This document shows positions 29,601-40,522 of a stretch of DNA of 64,000 nucleotides, one piece after another. The position numbers were made by a program, and so were the translations under genes. The stretch lies in NCBI GenBank assembly GCA_040756905.1, contig JBFLYD010000069.1:10560-74559 (forward strand), written 5' to 3'. The DNA is from Acidobacteriota bacterium. Its GTDB lineage: Bacteria; Acidobacteriota; Aminicenantia; JBFLYD01. The notes beneath the pieces were generated by a model. That model did no database searches, had not been told where the DNA came from, and saw nothing but the letters and a program-made list of their open reading frames with translations. Each line of letters starts with the position of its first letter. Position 1 is the stretch's first letter.

Positions 29601-30281
29601 TTAATCAACAGGAGTAAATTTATATATTATCCACCTTCCACGAAACTGCCTTCCAAGAACATTTTTTAATAAATATCTTTTTAAATTAATATCAATTTTT
29701 TTTGTTCCCTGGGGGCTTATTATATTTACCACTACATTTTTTACGTGAACAGTTCCGGTCATGTCTTCAACTCCAGGAATTTCCTGAAGGAGCGACAAAT
29801 TTACAACTTTTTTCTCCTGAGATAATTCTAATTTTGCATCTGTGTATTTTTTCTGTAACTCTTTCCATTCATTGAACAACTCATCATGGATCTTTTGCTT
29901 TTCCTCCACCTCAGCCTGGAACTTTCTTTGAGCAGCACGGCCAATAGCATTTTCAAGATTACTCTTTGCTAAATTTAATTCATCATTAGCTTCTATCCTT
30001 CTATTCATGAGTTCATCGAGCTGATTTTTTAATTTTTTTTCTTCATCGGCTAATTTTGGAAGGACAGTATCTCCGACTTTTTCTTCACTTATTGAAACTA
30101 TTTCCCATTTGCTAAAAGTGAAAGCCATTGGTTCAACTGCGAGAGATCCCATTGTAGTTTTATCATTCAAACGAACAGCATTGAAGTATTTATTTAGAAT
30201 AGCTTTTTCTGCGGCATACTTGCATCCCCCTATAATTAATACCGATAACAACAAAATAATTAAAAGAACTTTTCTTTTCAT
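29601..30281 (-). CDS. Lipoprotein with coiled-coil region, unknown function
   Basis: Lipobox LIIGGC; heptad-rich central part. Confidence 0.45.
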   Translation of the reverse strand: MKRKVLLIILLLSVLIIGGCKYAAEKAILNKYFNAVRLNDKTTMGSLAVEPMAFTFSKWEIVSISEEKVGDTVLPKLADEEKKLKNQLDELMNRRIEANDELNLAKSNLENAIGRAAQRKFQAEVEEKQKIHDELFNEWKELQKKYTDAKLELSQEKKVVNLSLLQEIPGVEDMTGTVHVKNVVVNIISPQGTKKIDINLKRYLLKNVLGRQFRGRWIIYKFTPVD

Positions 30282-30291
30282 AAAACCCTCC

Positions 30292-31740
30292 TTAACATGG
30301 TATCTTCTTTATATCAAAAAAAAATCTTTTTTCCAACTCCAAAGAAATCATAAATAATTTTTGCTCTTCAAATCGATCTGCAAGAATCTGAATTCCAATA
30401 GGAAGATTATTTTTTGTAAGAGTAACAGGAATAGAAATACAAGGAATTGAGGCAAGATTTGATGATACTGTAAAAATATCAGAAAGATACATTTTTAGTG
30501 GATCTTCTATTTTCTCTCCGATCTTAAAAGCTGGCTCTGGGCTGGCTGGGAAAAGAACAACTTCAACTTTTTTAAATATTTCATTAAAACTATTTCTAAT
30601 CATTTCTCTCACTTTTACAGCCTTCAAATAATAATCTTCATAATAGCCAGAACTTAATGAAAAAGTTCCAAGGATTATTCTCCTTTTTACCTCTTTTCCA
30701 AACCCTGTATTTCTTGTTTTCATATACATTTCTTCAAGATTCCTGTAATCAGAATGCCTGAATGCATATCTAACTCCATCATACTTTGAAAGATTTGAGC
30801 TTGCTTCAGATGTTGCAATAATATAATAAGTTGGCAAACAATAATCAAGAAGTGGAAACTCGATTTCTATTTTTTCCCCTCCAATTTTCTCTATTTCTTC
30901 GGAAACTTCATTATAAGCTGATTCTATTTCATAATCCACTCCATCAAAAAAATTTTTTTTAAGAACCCCGAAACTAAAAGGAATTTTTAATTTCTTATTT
31001 TTATTAAATTTAAATTTTTCAAGATGAGCAGACGTTGAATCTTTTTCATCATGTCCTGAAATAACTTCAAACAGCAAAATCGAGTCTTCTACATTTCGAG
31101 TAATCGGGCCTATCTGATCGAGAGAAGAAGCAAAGGCTATCAATCCATAACGAGATACTCTTCCATAAGTTGGATTAAGACCAACAAGCCCACAGAAAGA
31201 AGCTGGCTGTCTGATTGAACCACCAGTATCAGAGCCAAGAGCTCCAAAAGCTTCGAAAGAAGCTACAGCAGCAGCTGAACCGCCACTTGAGCCTCCAGGG
31301 ACTCTTTCTACATTCCAGGGATTTCTTGTTACAAAAAAAGCTGAATTTTCCGTTGAAGATCCCATCGCAAATTCATCAAGGTTTGTCTTCCCTAAAATTA
31401 TCGCCCCTTCTTCTTTTAATCGCTCGATTACTGTTGCATCATAAGGAGGGATAAAATTTTCTAAAATCCTTGAACCAGCAGTTGTTCTAATGTCTTTTGT
31501 TATTATATTATCTTTTATGCAAACAGGGCATCCCCATAATTTTCCTTTTTTATCATTACTTTCTTCTAATTCCTTGGCTCTATTATAAGCATGCTCCCAA
31601 TCAATGGTTATGAAAGATTTTATTGTTTCTTCTACCGCCTCAATTCTTTTTTTAAGAGAATCAAGAACCTCTTCAGGTCTAACCTGATTTTCCTTTAACA
31701 AACTTGAAACCTGGTTTAAACTTAACTCATATATATTCAT
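30292..31740 (-). CDS. gatA: Glutamyl/aspartyl-tRNA amidotransferase subunit A
   Basis: Amidase signature GGSSGGSAAAVA and catalytic Ser-cisSer-Lys region; overlaps gatC. Confidence 0.9.
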   Translation of the reverse strand: MNIYELSLNQVSSLLKENQVRPEEVLDSLKKRIEAVEETIKSFITIDWEHAYNRAKELEESNDKKGKLWGCPVCIKDNIITKDIRTTAGSRILENFIPPYDATVIERLKEEGAIILGKTNLDEFAMGSSTENSAFFVTRNPWNVERVPGGSSGGSAAAVASFEAFGALGSDTGGSIRQPASFCGLVGLNPTYGRVSRYGLIAFASSLDQIGPITRNVEDSILLFEVISGHDEKDSTSAHLEKFKFNKNKKLKIPFSFGVLKKNFFDGVDYEIESAYNEVSEEIEKIGGEKIEIEFPLLDYCLPTYYIIATSEASSNLSKYDGVRYAFRHSDYRNLEEMYMKTRNTGFGKEVKRRIILGTFSLSSGYYEDYYLKAVKVREMIRNSFNEIFKKVEVVLFPASPEPAFKIGEKIEDPLKMYLSDIFTVSSNLASIPCISIPVTLTKNNLPIGIQILADRFEEQKLFMISLELEKRFFFDIKKIPC

Positions 31741-32018
31741 TTTGACTCAATGACTTTTGGAACTTTAAAAAAACCTTTTTCTCTCTCTGGTGCATTCATT
31801 AGTGCAGAATCTCTTTCAAGGCCTTGTTTTAACTTGTCTTCTCTTAAAAGCGTAAAAGCTTCCAAATTTAAAATATCGAGTTCGTCACATTTAAGTTCTT
31901 CCAGTTTTCTAACCCAGTTTATTATATTTTGCATTTGATGCTTATATGTATCTTTTTCTTCTTCTGATAGTTCTAATTTCGATAACTTGAGAATATGATC
32001 TATATCAATTATTTCCAT
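31737..32018 (-). CDS. gatC: Glutamyl/aspartyl-tRNA amidotransferase subunit C
   Basis: 93 aa, 4-nt overlap immediately upstream of gatA; typical GatC size and charge pattern. Confidence 0.75.
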   Translation of the reverse strand: MEIIDIDHILKLSKLELSEEEKDTYKHQMQNIINWVRKLEELKCDELDILNLEAFTLLREDKLKQGLERDSALMNAPEREKGFFKVPKVIESK

Positions 32019-32106
32019 TTTTTTTCTCGGAAATTATATTGAAAAAACAAAATTAATGCAACTCTCTTTTGACTTTAAATTATTTTAAATGTAATATTCA
32101 AAATTC

Positions 32107-32730
32107 ATGGATATTGAAACTGTAATAAAATTCCTCGTTTCTTCTCAACCTCATTGGGTTGTGGTAATCTTATTTTTTTCTGCAATTGTAGAATATATTT
32201 TTCCTCCATTTCCAGGAGACACAGTTACTTTAGCAGGCGCCATACTCATTGGAAGTTATGGATATAATTTTTTTATAGTTTTTTTTGCTGTAACAGCAGG
32301 AAGTTTTCTGGGTTCAATGCTTGATTTTTACATAGGAAATGTATTAAAAAACAAAAAAGAAACATGGCTCTTAAAGTTCAAACGATCAAACAATATACAC
32401 GATAAAATTAATTCTTCTTTAAAAATGTTCGAAAAATGGGGTATTTTTGCCATACTGTTAAATAGATTCATGCCTGGGATTCGAGCATTTATATTTATTG
32501 CAGCTGGAATGAGCAACATTAAAGTTACTTGGGTATCTCTTTCTTCTCTTATCAGTATAACTGTATGGAATACCTTAATAATTTTTGCAGGAATAATCCT
32601 GAGCAAAAACTTTTATCTTCTTGTAAAAATAATAAAAAACTTTCATCTCTTTATATGGACAATAATAATCATCCTAATTTTTTATTTATTATTAAGATAT
32701 TTTTTGAAGAAATATAAAAAAGTTAAATGA
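32107..32730 (+). CDS. DedA/TVP38-family membrane protein
   Basis: Multi-TM with the DedA-like FPPFPGDTVTLAGAILIG motif. Confidence 0.65.
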   Translation: MDIETVIKFLVSSQPHWVVVILFFSAIVEYIFPPFPGDTVTLAGAILIGSYGYNFFIVFFAVTAGSFLGSMLDFYIGNVLKNKKETWLLKFKRSNNIHDKINSSLKMFEKWGIFAILLNRFMPGIRAFIFIAAGMSNIKVTWVSLSSLISITVWNTLIIFAGIILSKNFYLLVKIIKNFHLFIWTIIIILIFYLLLRYFLKKYKKVK

Positions 32731-32805
32731 GGTTTGAGCTCCACCCTGAAACTTAAATATTTGACAACAGAATAAAAAAATTGCTAATTTTTAGAGGATA
32801 ATGTT

Positions 32806-32877
32806 GGGCGGTTAGCTCAGCGGTAGAGCATCTGTTTTACACGCAGGGGGTCAGAGGTTCGAATCCTCTACCGCCCA
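32806..32877 (+). tRNA. tRNA-Val (anticodon TAC)
   Basis: Manual cloverleaf: acceptor GGGCGGT/ACCGCCC, D-arm GCTC..GAGC, anticodon loop TTTACAC, T-arm AGAGG-TTCGAAT-CCTCT; CCA not encoded. Confidence 0.85.
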
Positions 32878-32931
32878 TTCAAAATATTATTAATTGAAAA
32901 AATAAAAAAAATGATATAATAATAAGATAAA

Positions 32932-33009
32932 GGGGTCGTAGTTCAGATTGGATAGAACGCCGGCCTGTCACGCCGGAGGTCGCGGGTTCAAGTCCCGTCG
33001 GCCCCGCCA
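32932..33009 (+). tRNA. tRNA-Asp (anticodon GTC)
   Basis: Acceptor GGGGTCG/CGGCCCC, anticodon loop CTGTCAC, T-arm GCGGG-TTCAAGT-CCCGT, discriminator G with encoded CCA. Confidence 0.85.
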
Positions 33010-33171
33010 GTTAGCCTTTGTTAGAACATCCCGAATATCCAAAAATAAAATAAGTTGGAACAAAAAACTTTTTTAAAAGATAATAAAAAATCTACGCTCT
33101 TAAGCTCTCTAAGCACTTATAGATTGTAAGTTTAAAACTACTTAGTTTTAAAGCTCTATTTTATCTCTTTT

Positions 33172-33444
33172 CTATTCTTTCGGAGGAGGGAATAGAACAT
33201 GCAAAACTAAGATTAATGAAGCGGAGCCAAGGATTGCAGGAATTATGTAAACATCCCATAATTTAATCCACCAATGCTCGAGAATCCATCCCAGCCAGGC
33301 TCCGAACCATCCCACACAAACTTCAGCAATAAATCCGATTATTCCCTTTCCAATTTTGATTTTCAACAAAAAGAACATTATCACTGAAACTATAACACTG
33401 ATGATAAATAAAAAGAGAGCTGCCAAAAAATCCATTCCAATCAT
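33172..33444 (-). CDS. Small (90 aa) multi-TM membrane protein
   Basis: Three predicted helices with a Gly/Trp-rich GxxxG-like region; function unknown. Confidence 0.4.
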   Translation of the reverse strand: MIGMDFLAALFLFIISVIVSVIMFFLLKIKIGKGIIGFIAEVCVGWFGAWLGWILEHWWIKLWDVYIIPAILGSASLILVLHVLFPPPKE

Positions 33445-33516
33445 TTTAATTTACCTCCTTATTATTTTTTTCTTTCTAATTTAAAGATAATTCCTCATTT
33501 TAGAAAAGTCAATACC

Positions 33517-33692
33517 TAGTGTCATCTCACTTAAATGCCTTTTGTTATATTATTGTGATATGACACTTTCCCTATGGGGGCAAGCCCCCTTACACACTTT
33601 GCTGAGCACCCCCCAGACATGGGGAAGTGACCTTCAGTGTGCTTAAGGAGAAATTCTTTGCCTGTAAAGATATTTATGGGACAGCACACTAG
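33517..33692 (+). repeat. Copy B of the ~180-nt GC-rich structured repeat (see 8678-8866), about 146 nt upstream of the D-aminoacylase-carAB operon
   Basis: Roughly 75% identical to the reverse complement of 8678-8866, with compensatory substitutions in two hairpins; sense orientation relative to the downstream gene. Confidence 0.55.
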
Positions 33693-33838
33693 GTCACTTA
33701 TAATCATAAAAGAAATTTACTTTAGAATTTCATTTTTATCTGCTAAAAACTTCATTATAAAAACTCTTTAAAAATAAATTATATCATCTTAAAAATCTTT
33801 TATGATAAAATATCATAAATTATGGCGAGGAGGTTAGG

Positions 33839-35518
33839 TTGAAAAAAATTTACAAGGTAATTGGATTTTATGTTTTATTTTTTGGATTAAATCTTCTATT
33901 GCTTTCATATGAGTTTGACATAATTATCAAAAATGGAAGAATAATCGATGGAACAGGAAACCCATGGTTCTATGGAGATGTTGGGGTAAAAGATGGGAAA
34001 ATTGTGTTCGTCGGAAAAACTGGAAATGGAAATGCAAAAAAAGTCATAGAATCCAGGAGTCTGGTAGTAGCACCTGGATTTATCGATGTTCTTGACCAGT
34101 CAGATTTTACGATTCTCGTTGATGGCAATGCAGAAAGCAAAATAAGGCAGGGAGTGACAACTTTAATTTATGGAGAAGGAGGTTCAGCTGCGCCCCTTAC
34201 TGATTTCATAAAAAATGAATGGAAAAGAGAGGCTGAGCATTATGGTATTACTCTCGATTGGACAACTCTTAAAGAGTATTATGAAAAATTAATGAAAGGA
34301 GGGATCTCAGTTAACATTGCCACATATGTAGGTGCTGCTCAAGTAAGAATGGCAGTTATAGGTGCTGAGAATAGAGAACCTACTCATGATGAGCTGGAAA
34401 GAATGAAACAATTAGTAGCACAGGCAATGGAAGATGGAGCAGTTGGAATATCAAGCGCACTCATTTATCCGCCAGGTTCATTCGCAAAAACTGATGAATT
34501 GATTGAACTCTGTAAAGTTGTATCAAAATATGGAGGAATTTATGCAACCCATATAAGGAATGAAGGTGACAGGCAAGTTGAAGCATTAAAAGAAGCAATT
34601 GAAATAGGAATGAAGGCGAATTTGCCAGTTGAAATATTCCATTTTAAAGTTGCCGGAAAAGAAAACTGGGGCAACAGCAAAATTGCAATCTCTTTAATCG
34701 AAGAGGCAAGATCAAAAGGGTTGGATATCACAGCAGACCAGTATCCCTACATCGCCTCATCAACCAGCATAAACGCTACAGTTCCTCCCTGGGTTCATGA
34801 AGGCGGAACGGAAAAATATCTTTCGAGACTTCAAGATAAAGAATTAAGAAAAAAAATTAAGGATGAAATGTTACATAAGAAAGAAGGATGGGAAAACATG
34901 TATCTGGGTCCAGGTGGATGGGAGAACATTCTTATAGCATCTCTTAAACAGGAAAAAAATAAAATATACGAAGGAAAGAGTGTATCTGAGGCAGCTAAAA
35001 TCGCAAAGAAAGACCCATTTGAATTTGTGTTTGACCTGATAGTAGAAGAAAAAGGCTCTGTTGGGGCAATCTACTTTTCAATGGCAGAGAATGATGTGAA
35101 AGCAATTATGAAGACTCCATGGGTTATGATTGATTCTGACTGGTCCGCTCTAAGGCCCGATGGAATACTTGGTGAGGGAAAGCCTCATCCAAGAGCATAC
35201 GGAACTTTTCCAAGAGTTCTGGGAAAATATGTAAGGGAAGAAAAAATCTTAACTCTTGAGGATGCGATAAGAAAAATGACATCATTTCCAGCCCAAAGGT
35301 TCAAATTTAAGGATAGAGGTCTTATCTGGGAGGGAATGTCTGCGGACATAACTGTATTCAATCCAGAAACAGTAATCGATAAAGCTACTTTTCAAAATCC
35401 CCATCAATACCCTGAAGGAATTGAATATGTAATTGTTAATGGAATCTTGGTTATAGATAAAGGAAATCATACAGGAGCAAGGTCTGGAAAAATTCTTTAT
35501 GGTCCTGGTAAAAAGTAA
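33839..35518 (+). CDS. N-acyl-D-amino-acid deacylase (D-aminoacylase) family amidohydrolase with N-terminal signal/anchor
   Basis: TTG start 6 nt after GAGGAGG; FDIIIKNGRIIDGTGNPWFYGDVGVKDGKIVFVGK and downstream metal-binding HxH/amidohydrolase motifs; hydrophobic N-terminus. Stop lies 3 nt before the carA start. Confidence 0.7.
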   Translation: MKKIYKVIGFYVLFFGLNLLLLSYEFDIIIKNGRIIDGTGNPWFYGDVGVKDGKIVFVGKTGNGNAKKVIESRSLVVAPGFIDVLDQSDFTILVDGNAESKIRQGVTTLIYGEGGSAAPLTDFIKNEWKREAEHYGITLDWTTLKEYYEKLMKGGISVNIATYVGAAQVRMAVIGAENREPTHDELERMKQLVAQAMEDGAVGISSALIYPPGSFAKTDELIELCKVVSKYGGIYATHIRNEGDRQVEALKEAIEIGMKANLPVEIFHFKVAGKENWGNSKIAISLIEEARSKGLDITADQYPYIASSTSINATVPPWVHEGGTEKYLSRLQDKELRKKIKDEMLHKKEGWENMYLGPGGWENILIASLKQEKNKIYEGKSVSEAAKIAKKDPFEFVFDLIVEEKGSVGAIYFSMAENDVKAIMKTPWVMIDSDWSALRPDGILGEGKPHPRAYGTFPRVLGKYVREEKILTLEDAIRKMTSFPAQRFKFKDRGLIWEGMSADITVFNPETVIDKATFQNPHQYPEGIEYVIVNGILVIDKGNHTGARSGKILYGPGKK

Positions 35519-35521
35519 AAA

Positions 35522-36667
35522 ATGATTGGAAATCTAAAAAAAGCGGCATTAATACTTGAGGATGGGACAATATTTTTTGGAAGTTCTTTTGGTTATGAAG
35601 GTGATGCCCAAGGAGAAATTGTGTTTAATACATCCATGGCTGGTTATCAGGAGATATTAACAGATCCTTCTTATAAAGGTCAAATTGTCGTTATGACTTA
35701 CCCTCTTATTGGGAACTATGGGTGTAATGAGGAAGATGTGGAATCTTCAAAGCCATGGGTAGAAGGATTTGTGATTAAAGAACCACCCTATATTCCCTTT
35801 AATTGGCGAAAAAAGGAATCTCTTGAAGAATATCTAATAAGAAAGAAAATTCCTGGAATATTTGGGATTGACACAAGAAAACTTACAAAAATCATAAGAA
35901 CTCATGGAGCTCAAAATGCAATAATTTCTACAACCACTTTAGATTATGATTTATTGATAAAGAAAGTTAGGAGCCTTCCATCGATCGTTGGAATTGACAT
36001 GGTAAAATATGTGACATCAGAAAAACCATATGAATGGAAAGAAGGAATCTGGGAATGGAAAAAAGGGTATGGAAAAAGGACTAACTTCAAGTATTTTGTC
36101 GTTGCCTATGATTTTGGCATAAAGAGAAACATTCTCAGAAACCTTGTCTCTTATGGAATAAGAGTTTATGTGGTTCCAGCAAAAACTTCATGCAAAGAAA
36201 TTCTCGATCTTAATCCAGATGGGGTTTTTCTTTCAAATGGACCGGGAGATCCAGAACCTGTTTCTTATGCAATTGAAAACATAAAAAATATGATAGGAAG
36301 GCTTCCGATTTTTGGAATCTGTCTTGGACATCAACTCCTTGCCCTTGCTCTCGAAGGCAAAACCTATAAATTAAAATTTGGCCATCATGGGGGTAATCAT
36401 CCTGTCAAAAATATCAAAAAGAATGCGATTGAAATAACCACTCAAAACCATAATTTTGCAGTTAACCCTGGCTCTTTAAAACAAAACATTGAGATTACCC
36501 ATATAAATTTAAACGATTACACAGTTGAAGGATTGTCCTTAAAAGAAAAATTTCTCTTCTCAGTTCAGTATCATCCGGAAAGCTCCCCAGGTCCAAGAGA
36601 TTCCAGATATCTTTTTGATGAATTTGTAAAACTAATTCAAGATTTCAAAAGAGAAAAAGTTGCCTAA
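35522..36667 (+). CDS. carA: Carbamoyl-phosphate synthase small (glutamine amidotransferase) subunit
   Basis: GATase triad region [11 protein letters not shown]; overlaps carB. Confidence 0.9.
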   Translation: MIGNLKKAALILEDGTIFFGSSFGYEGDAQGEIVFNTSMAGYQEILTDPSYKGQIVVMTYPLIGNYGCNEEDVESSKPWVEGFVIKEPPYIPFNWRKKESLEEYLIRKKIPGIFGIDTRKLTKIIRTHGAQNAIISTTTLDYDLLIKKVRSLPSIVGIDMVKYVTSEKPYEWKEGIWEWKKGYGKRTNFKYFVVAYDFGIKRNILRNLVSYGIRVYVVPAKTSCKEILDLNPDGVFLSNGPGDPEPVSYAIENIKNMIGRLPIFGICLGHQLLALALEGKTYKLKFGHHGGNHPVKNIKKNAIEITTQNHNFAVNPGSLKQNIEITHINLNDYTVEGLSLKEKFLFSVQYHPESSPGPRDSRYLFDEFVKLIQDFKREKVA

Positions 36668-39600
36668 AAGAGAAGATATAAAATCAATTTTAATTATAGG
36701 CTCAGGACCTATAGTAATAGGTCAGGCATCTGAATTTGATTACTCAGGAACCCAGGCCTTAAAAGCCCTTAAGGAAGAAAATTTTAGGTTAATTCTTGTA
36801 AATTCCAATCCTGCAACAATTATGACTGACCCTGAATTTGCGGATAGAACATACCTTGAACCTTTAACCTTTGAGTATTTAAAGAAAATAATCGAAGCTG
36901 AAAGACCTGATGCTCTTTTAGCAACACTTGGTGGGCAGAAAGCTTTGAACCTTGCCCTTGAACTTGAAGAAAATGGAGTTTTAAAAAAATATGGTGTTGA
37001 ATTAATTGGAGTAAATGCTGAATCAATCAGAAAAGCTGAGGATAGAAACCTTTTCAAGAAATCAATGAAAAAAATAGGTCTTGAGGTTCCTGAATCTGGT
37101 TATGCTTCAAATGTTAAGGAAGCACGGGAGATTTTAAAAAACCTTAGTTTTCCTGTAGTTATAAGACCTTCATTCACTCTTGGTGGAAGTGGAGGAAATA
37201 TAATCTATGATTGGGTAGACTTTGACAAGTTCGTCCCATTGGCTTTTATGATAAGTCCGATTTCTAAAGTATTAGTTGAAAAATCAATAATTGGATGGAA
37301 AGAATTTGAGTTAGAGGTGATGAGGGATAGAAAGGACAATGTTGTTATAGTTTGTTCCATTGAAAATTTCGACCCGATGGGAATCCATACGGGTGACTCA
37401 ATTACTGTAGCTCCAGCCCAGACTCTTACTGACAAAGAATATCAAATCCTTCGAGATGCTTCGATTGATATCATGAAAGAAATAGGAGTTGAAACTGGAG
37501 GCTCAAACATCCAATTTGCCATAAATCCTGAAGATGGAAGAATGATGGTCATCGAAATGAACCCCCGTGTATCGAGGTCATCTGCACTGGCTTCAAAAGC
37601 AACTGGATTTCCAATTGCAAAGATTGCTGCTAAATTAGCAATCGGATATACACTGGATGAAATTCCAAATGACATAACAAAGAAAACTCCTGCATGTTTT
37701 GAGCCTGCGTTGGATTATGTAGTTGTAAAAATACCCAGATTTGCTTTTGAAAAGTTTCCTGAAGAAGAAAAATATCTAACGACTCAGATGAAATCAGTGG
37801 GCGAAACAATGGCAATTGGAAGAACATTTAAAGAAGCATTACAGAAAGCAATCAGGTCGCTGGAGATAGAAAAATTTGGGTTAGAACAAAAGTTTGATTT
37901 AAACAATAGAGAATCCCTGAGAAAAAAACTCCAGATTCCTAACTCTGAAAGACTCTGGGCTATAGCAGATGCATTAAGGGCAGGTTTTTCAGTTGAAGAA
38001 ATTTATCTGTTAACAAAAATTGACCCATTTTTTATCGGAAACATAAAAGAAATAGTTGAAAAGGAAAAAGAATTGGAGAAATACAAAATTGACAATTTAG
38101 ATGAACAAGTTCTTAAGAAAGCAAAAGAAATGGGCTTCGCCGACAGAAGATTAGCCGAGATAATCTCTTCGAATGAGAAGGAAATAAGAAATTTAAGGGA
38201 AAAGAAAAATATTCTCCCTGTATTCAAAACCGTAGACACATGCGCTGGTGAATTTGAAGCTGAAACCCCTTATTTTTATTCAACCTATGACGAAGAAGAT
38301 GAATTTAAAAATTCAGATAAAAAAAGGGCAATAATTCTTGGTGCAGGCCCAAATCGAATCGGTCAGGGAATCGAATTTGATTATTGCTGTGTTCATGGGG
38401 TGTTTTCTTTAAAAAACAAAGGGTATGAAGCTATTATGATAAATTCAAATCCAGAAACAGTTTCAACTGATTATGACATATCTGATAGACTTTATTTTGA
38501 GCCTGTTACTTTAGAAGATGTAATATCTGTGTATAATAGAGAAAAACCTGAAGGGATTATCGTGCAGTTTGGAGGTCAAACTCCACTAAAACTTGCGGTT
38601 TCCCTTGAAAAAAACGGAATAAAAATTTTAGGAACAAAATCAAATTTTATAGATGAAGCAGAGGACAGAGAGAAGTTTAATTTATTTCTAAAAAAACTAA
38701 ATCTGAATTCTCCCAGAAATGGATTGGCAAGAAAGATCTCAGAGGCATTGGAGATAGCGGAAAGAATTGGATATCCAGTATTAATCAGACCTTCCTATGT
38801 TTTAGGTGGTAGAGCAATGAAGGTAATTCATGACCCTGATGAGCTTACTAAATATTTAGAAACAATTCAGGAATTTTCTTCTGAATATCCTGTTCTTATC
38901 GATGAATTTCTCGAGGATGCAGTTGAACTCGATGTGGACGTTCTCTCTGATGCAGAAAATGCTTTCTTGGGAGGAATACTGGAACACATACAGGAAGTAG
39001 GGATACATTCAGGTGATTCTACGATGGTTATTCCTCCCTATTTTTTACCGGATAAAATCACAAATGAAATCAAAAATCAGGTTACATTGATGGCACAAAA
39101 GCTTCAAATCGTTGGACTTATGAATGTCCAGATGGCTGTGAAAGGTGCCAAGATATATGTTATAGAGGTAAACCCAAGAGCATCAAGAACCGTTCCTTTC
39201 ATATCAAAAGCCACTGGAATACCTCTTGCAAAAATAGCTACAAGATTAATACTTGGAGAAAAGCTCAGACAATTAAACCTGCAAACGAATACTTCAAATC
39301 TATATTCAGTTAAGGAATCTGTTTTCTCATTCGATAAGTTTTCCGAAGTAGACCCAGTTCTCGGTCCAGAAATGCGCTCGACTGGAGAGGTAATCGGAAT
39401 AGATAGATATTTTCCCCTTGCATTTTTAAAAGCTGAGGAAGCAGCTGGATTTAAATTGCCAGGAAAAGGAAGAATTTTTGTAAGCGTTAAGGATTCTGAC
39501 AAAATGAGGATTCTTCCATTGATTGAGAAGCTTGACAATTTAGGATTTAATTTTGTCGCCACAGAAGGAACCACGCAGTATTTAAGAAAGCACAGACATA

Positions 39601-39860
39601 AAGTGGAAACATTGGAGAAAGTTTACAGAGGAAAAAGAAACATTATAGAGGACATTAAGAATAGAAAAGTGGGAATGATAATAAACACTCCCTCAGGGAA
39701 ACACGAACATGAAGACGCAATAAAAATTAGAAGAATGGCTTTTACTTATCGAATTCCATGCTTTACATCAATTCCTTCAGCCAGCGCTGCGGTAAAAGCA
39801 ATCGAAATAAAAAGGAAATTTAAGCCCTCTCTTGTGTGTCTTCAAGATGTTTTAAAATAA
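36660..39860 (+). CDS. carB: Carbamoyl-phosphate synthase large subunit
   Basis: 1066 aa, duplicated ATP-grasp halves and C-terminal MGS-like domain. Confidence 0.95.
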   Translation: MPKREDIKSILIIGSGPIVIGQASEFDYSGTQALKALKEENFRLILVNSNPATIMTDPEFADRTYLEPLTFEYLKKIIEAERPDALLATLGGQKALNLALELEENGVLKKYGVELIGVNAESIRKAEDRNLFKKSMKKIGLEVPESGYASNVKEAREILKNLSFPVVIRPSFTLGGSGGNIIYDWVDFDKFVPLAFMISPISKVLVEKSIIGWKEFELEVMRDRKDNVVIVCSIENFDPMGIHTGDSITVAPAQTLTDKEYQILRDASIDIMKEIGVETGGSNIQFAINPEDGRMMVIEMNPRVSRSSALASKATGFPIAKIAAKLAIGYTLDEIPNDITKKTPACFEPALDYVVVKIPRFAFEKFPEEEKYLTTQMKSVGETMAIGRTFKEALQKAIRSLEIEKFGLEQKFDLNNRESLRKKLQIPNSERLWAIADALRAGFSVEEIYLLTKIDPFFIGNIKEIVEKEKELEKYKIDNLDEQVLKKAKEMGFADRRLAEIISSNEKEIRNLREKKNILPVFKTVDTCAGEFEAETPYFYSTYDEEDEFKNSDKKRAIILGAGPNRIGQGIEFDYCCVHGVFSLKNKGYEAIMINSNPETVSTDYDISDRLYFEPVTLEDVISVYNREKPEGIIVQFGGQTPLKLAVSLEKNGIKILGTKSNFIDEAEDREKFNLFLKKLNLNSPRNGLARKISEALEIAERIGYPVLIRPSYVLGGRAMKVIHDPDELTKYLETIQEFSSEYPVLIDEFLEDAVELDVDVLSDAENAFLGGILEHIQEVGIHSGDSTMVIPPYFLPDKITNEIKNQVTLMAQKLQIVGLMNVQMAVKGAKIYVIEVNPRASRTVPFISKATGIPLAKIATRLILGEKLRQLNLQTNTSNLYSVKESVFSFDKFSEVDPVLGPEMRSTGEVIGIDRYFPLAFLKAEEAAGFKLPGKGRIFVSVKDSDKMRILPLIEKLDNLGFNFVATEGTTQYLRKHRHKVETLEKVYRGKRNIIEDIKNRKVGMIINTPSGKHEHEDAIKIRRMAFTYRIPCFTSIPSASAAVKAIEIKRKFKPSLVCLQDVLK

Positions 39861-40035
39861 TTAAATATTTTATTTCATTAAATTTTCTTACTGATTTTGA
39901 GCTAATTGGAACTGAACCCCATAATTTTCTTAAAATTTATATGTAAAAAAATTTTGACAAAAAAATCAAAAAAGCTTATATTTTTTATAAGAAGTAAATA
40001 TCGAAGAAACCGATATTTTTGTTATTTGAAAATTT

Positions 40036-40380
40036 GGGGGCGAAAAGGACTCGACGAGGTATTGAAAGAATGGGAAGCATGTCAAGTTGCCGCCATGATT
40101 GTAAAAAGGGCGGAAAAAATTAAGTGCAGAAACACTGCCTGTTGCTGCCTAAGTGAATAGGCAACCGTCTCTTAAGCTTTTTCCTGCGGAGCTTTTGAGG
40201 CGTGATGAAGCAGGATAGTTCCTGAAAGAATGTTCTCTCTTTCAGGAGCAAATTTTAAGAAGAGCTGGTTTGAATATTTCCTGCTTTCTGGGATATTCAA
40301 ACGAGATTAAAAGAAAGCTAAACATGTAGATGCCCGTTACTAAATGCTTTCGGACGTGGGTTCGAATCCCACCGCCTCCA
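40036..40380 (+). ncRNA. ssrA: tmRNA (ssrA, transfer-messenger RNA)
   Basis: 5-prime GGGGGCGAAAAGGACTCGACGAGG (tRNA-like acceptor/D-analog) and 3-prime GGACGTGGGTTCGAATCCCACCGCCTCCA (T-arm plus acceptor). 7-bp acceptor stem carries the G3-U70 Ala identity pair. Internal tag ORF ...GCAGAAACACTGCCTGTTGCTGCCTAA (AETLPVAA stop). Confidence 0.85.
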
Positions 40381-40522
40381 TTTTTATAATAAAATGTACA
40401 AAAAAGTAGAAAATTTAACAGAAAGTGATAAAGCCTATATTGCAGGTATAATGATTTGAAAAGTTATAAAAAACAACGTGCAAAATTAGTAGTAGAAAAA
40501 TATAAAGAACTAACCCCAAGAA

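Noticed and set aside
33095-33165. AT-rich hairpin (TTTAAAACTA..TAGTTTTAAA) and CTTAAG-containing palindromes downstream of tRNA-Asp, as a terminator or third repeat copy
   Set aside because: The stem is entirely A/T with a tiny loop and no clear U-tract. Similarity to the GTGCTTAG..CTAAGG module of the structured repeat is too short to call.
39906-40160. 84-aa ORF (plus) overlapping the ssrA region
   Set aside because: It overlaps the 5-prime half of the tmRNA (RNTACCCLSE-stop is the tag region read out of frame), so it is spurious.
32806-40380. Mobile element or genomic island at the tRNA-Val/tRNA-Asp pair or at ssrA
   Set aside because: No integrase, transposase or direct repeats of the tRNA or tmRNA 3-prime ends were found flanking these loci; adjacent genes are housekeeping.
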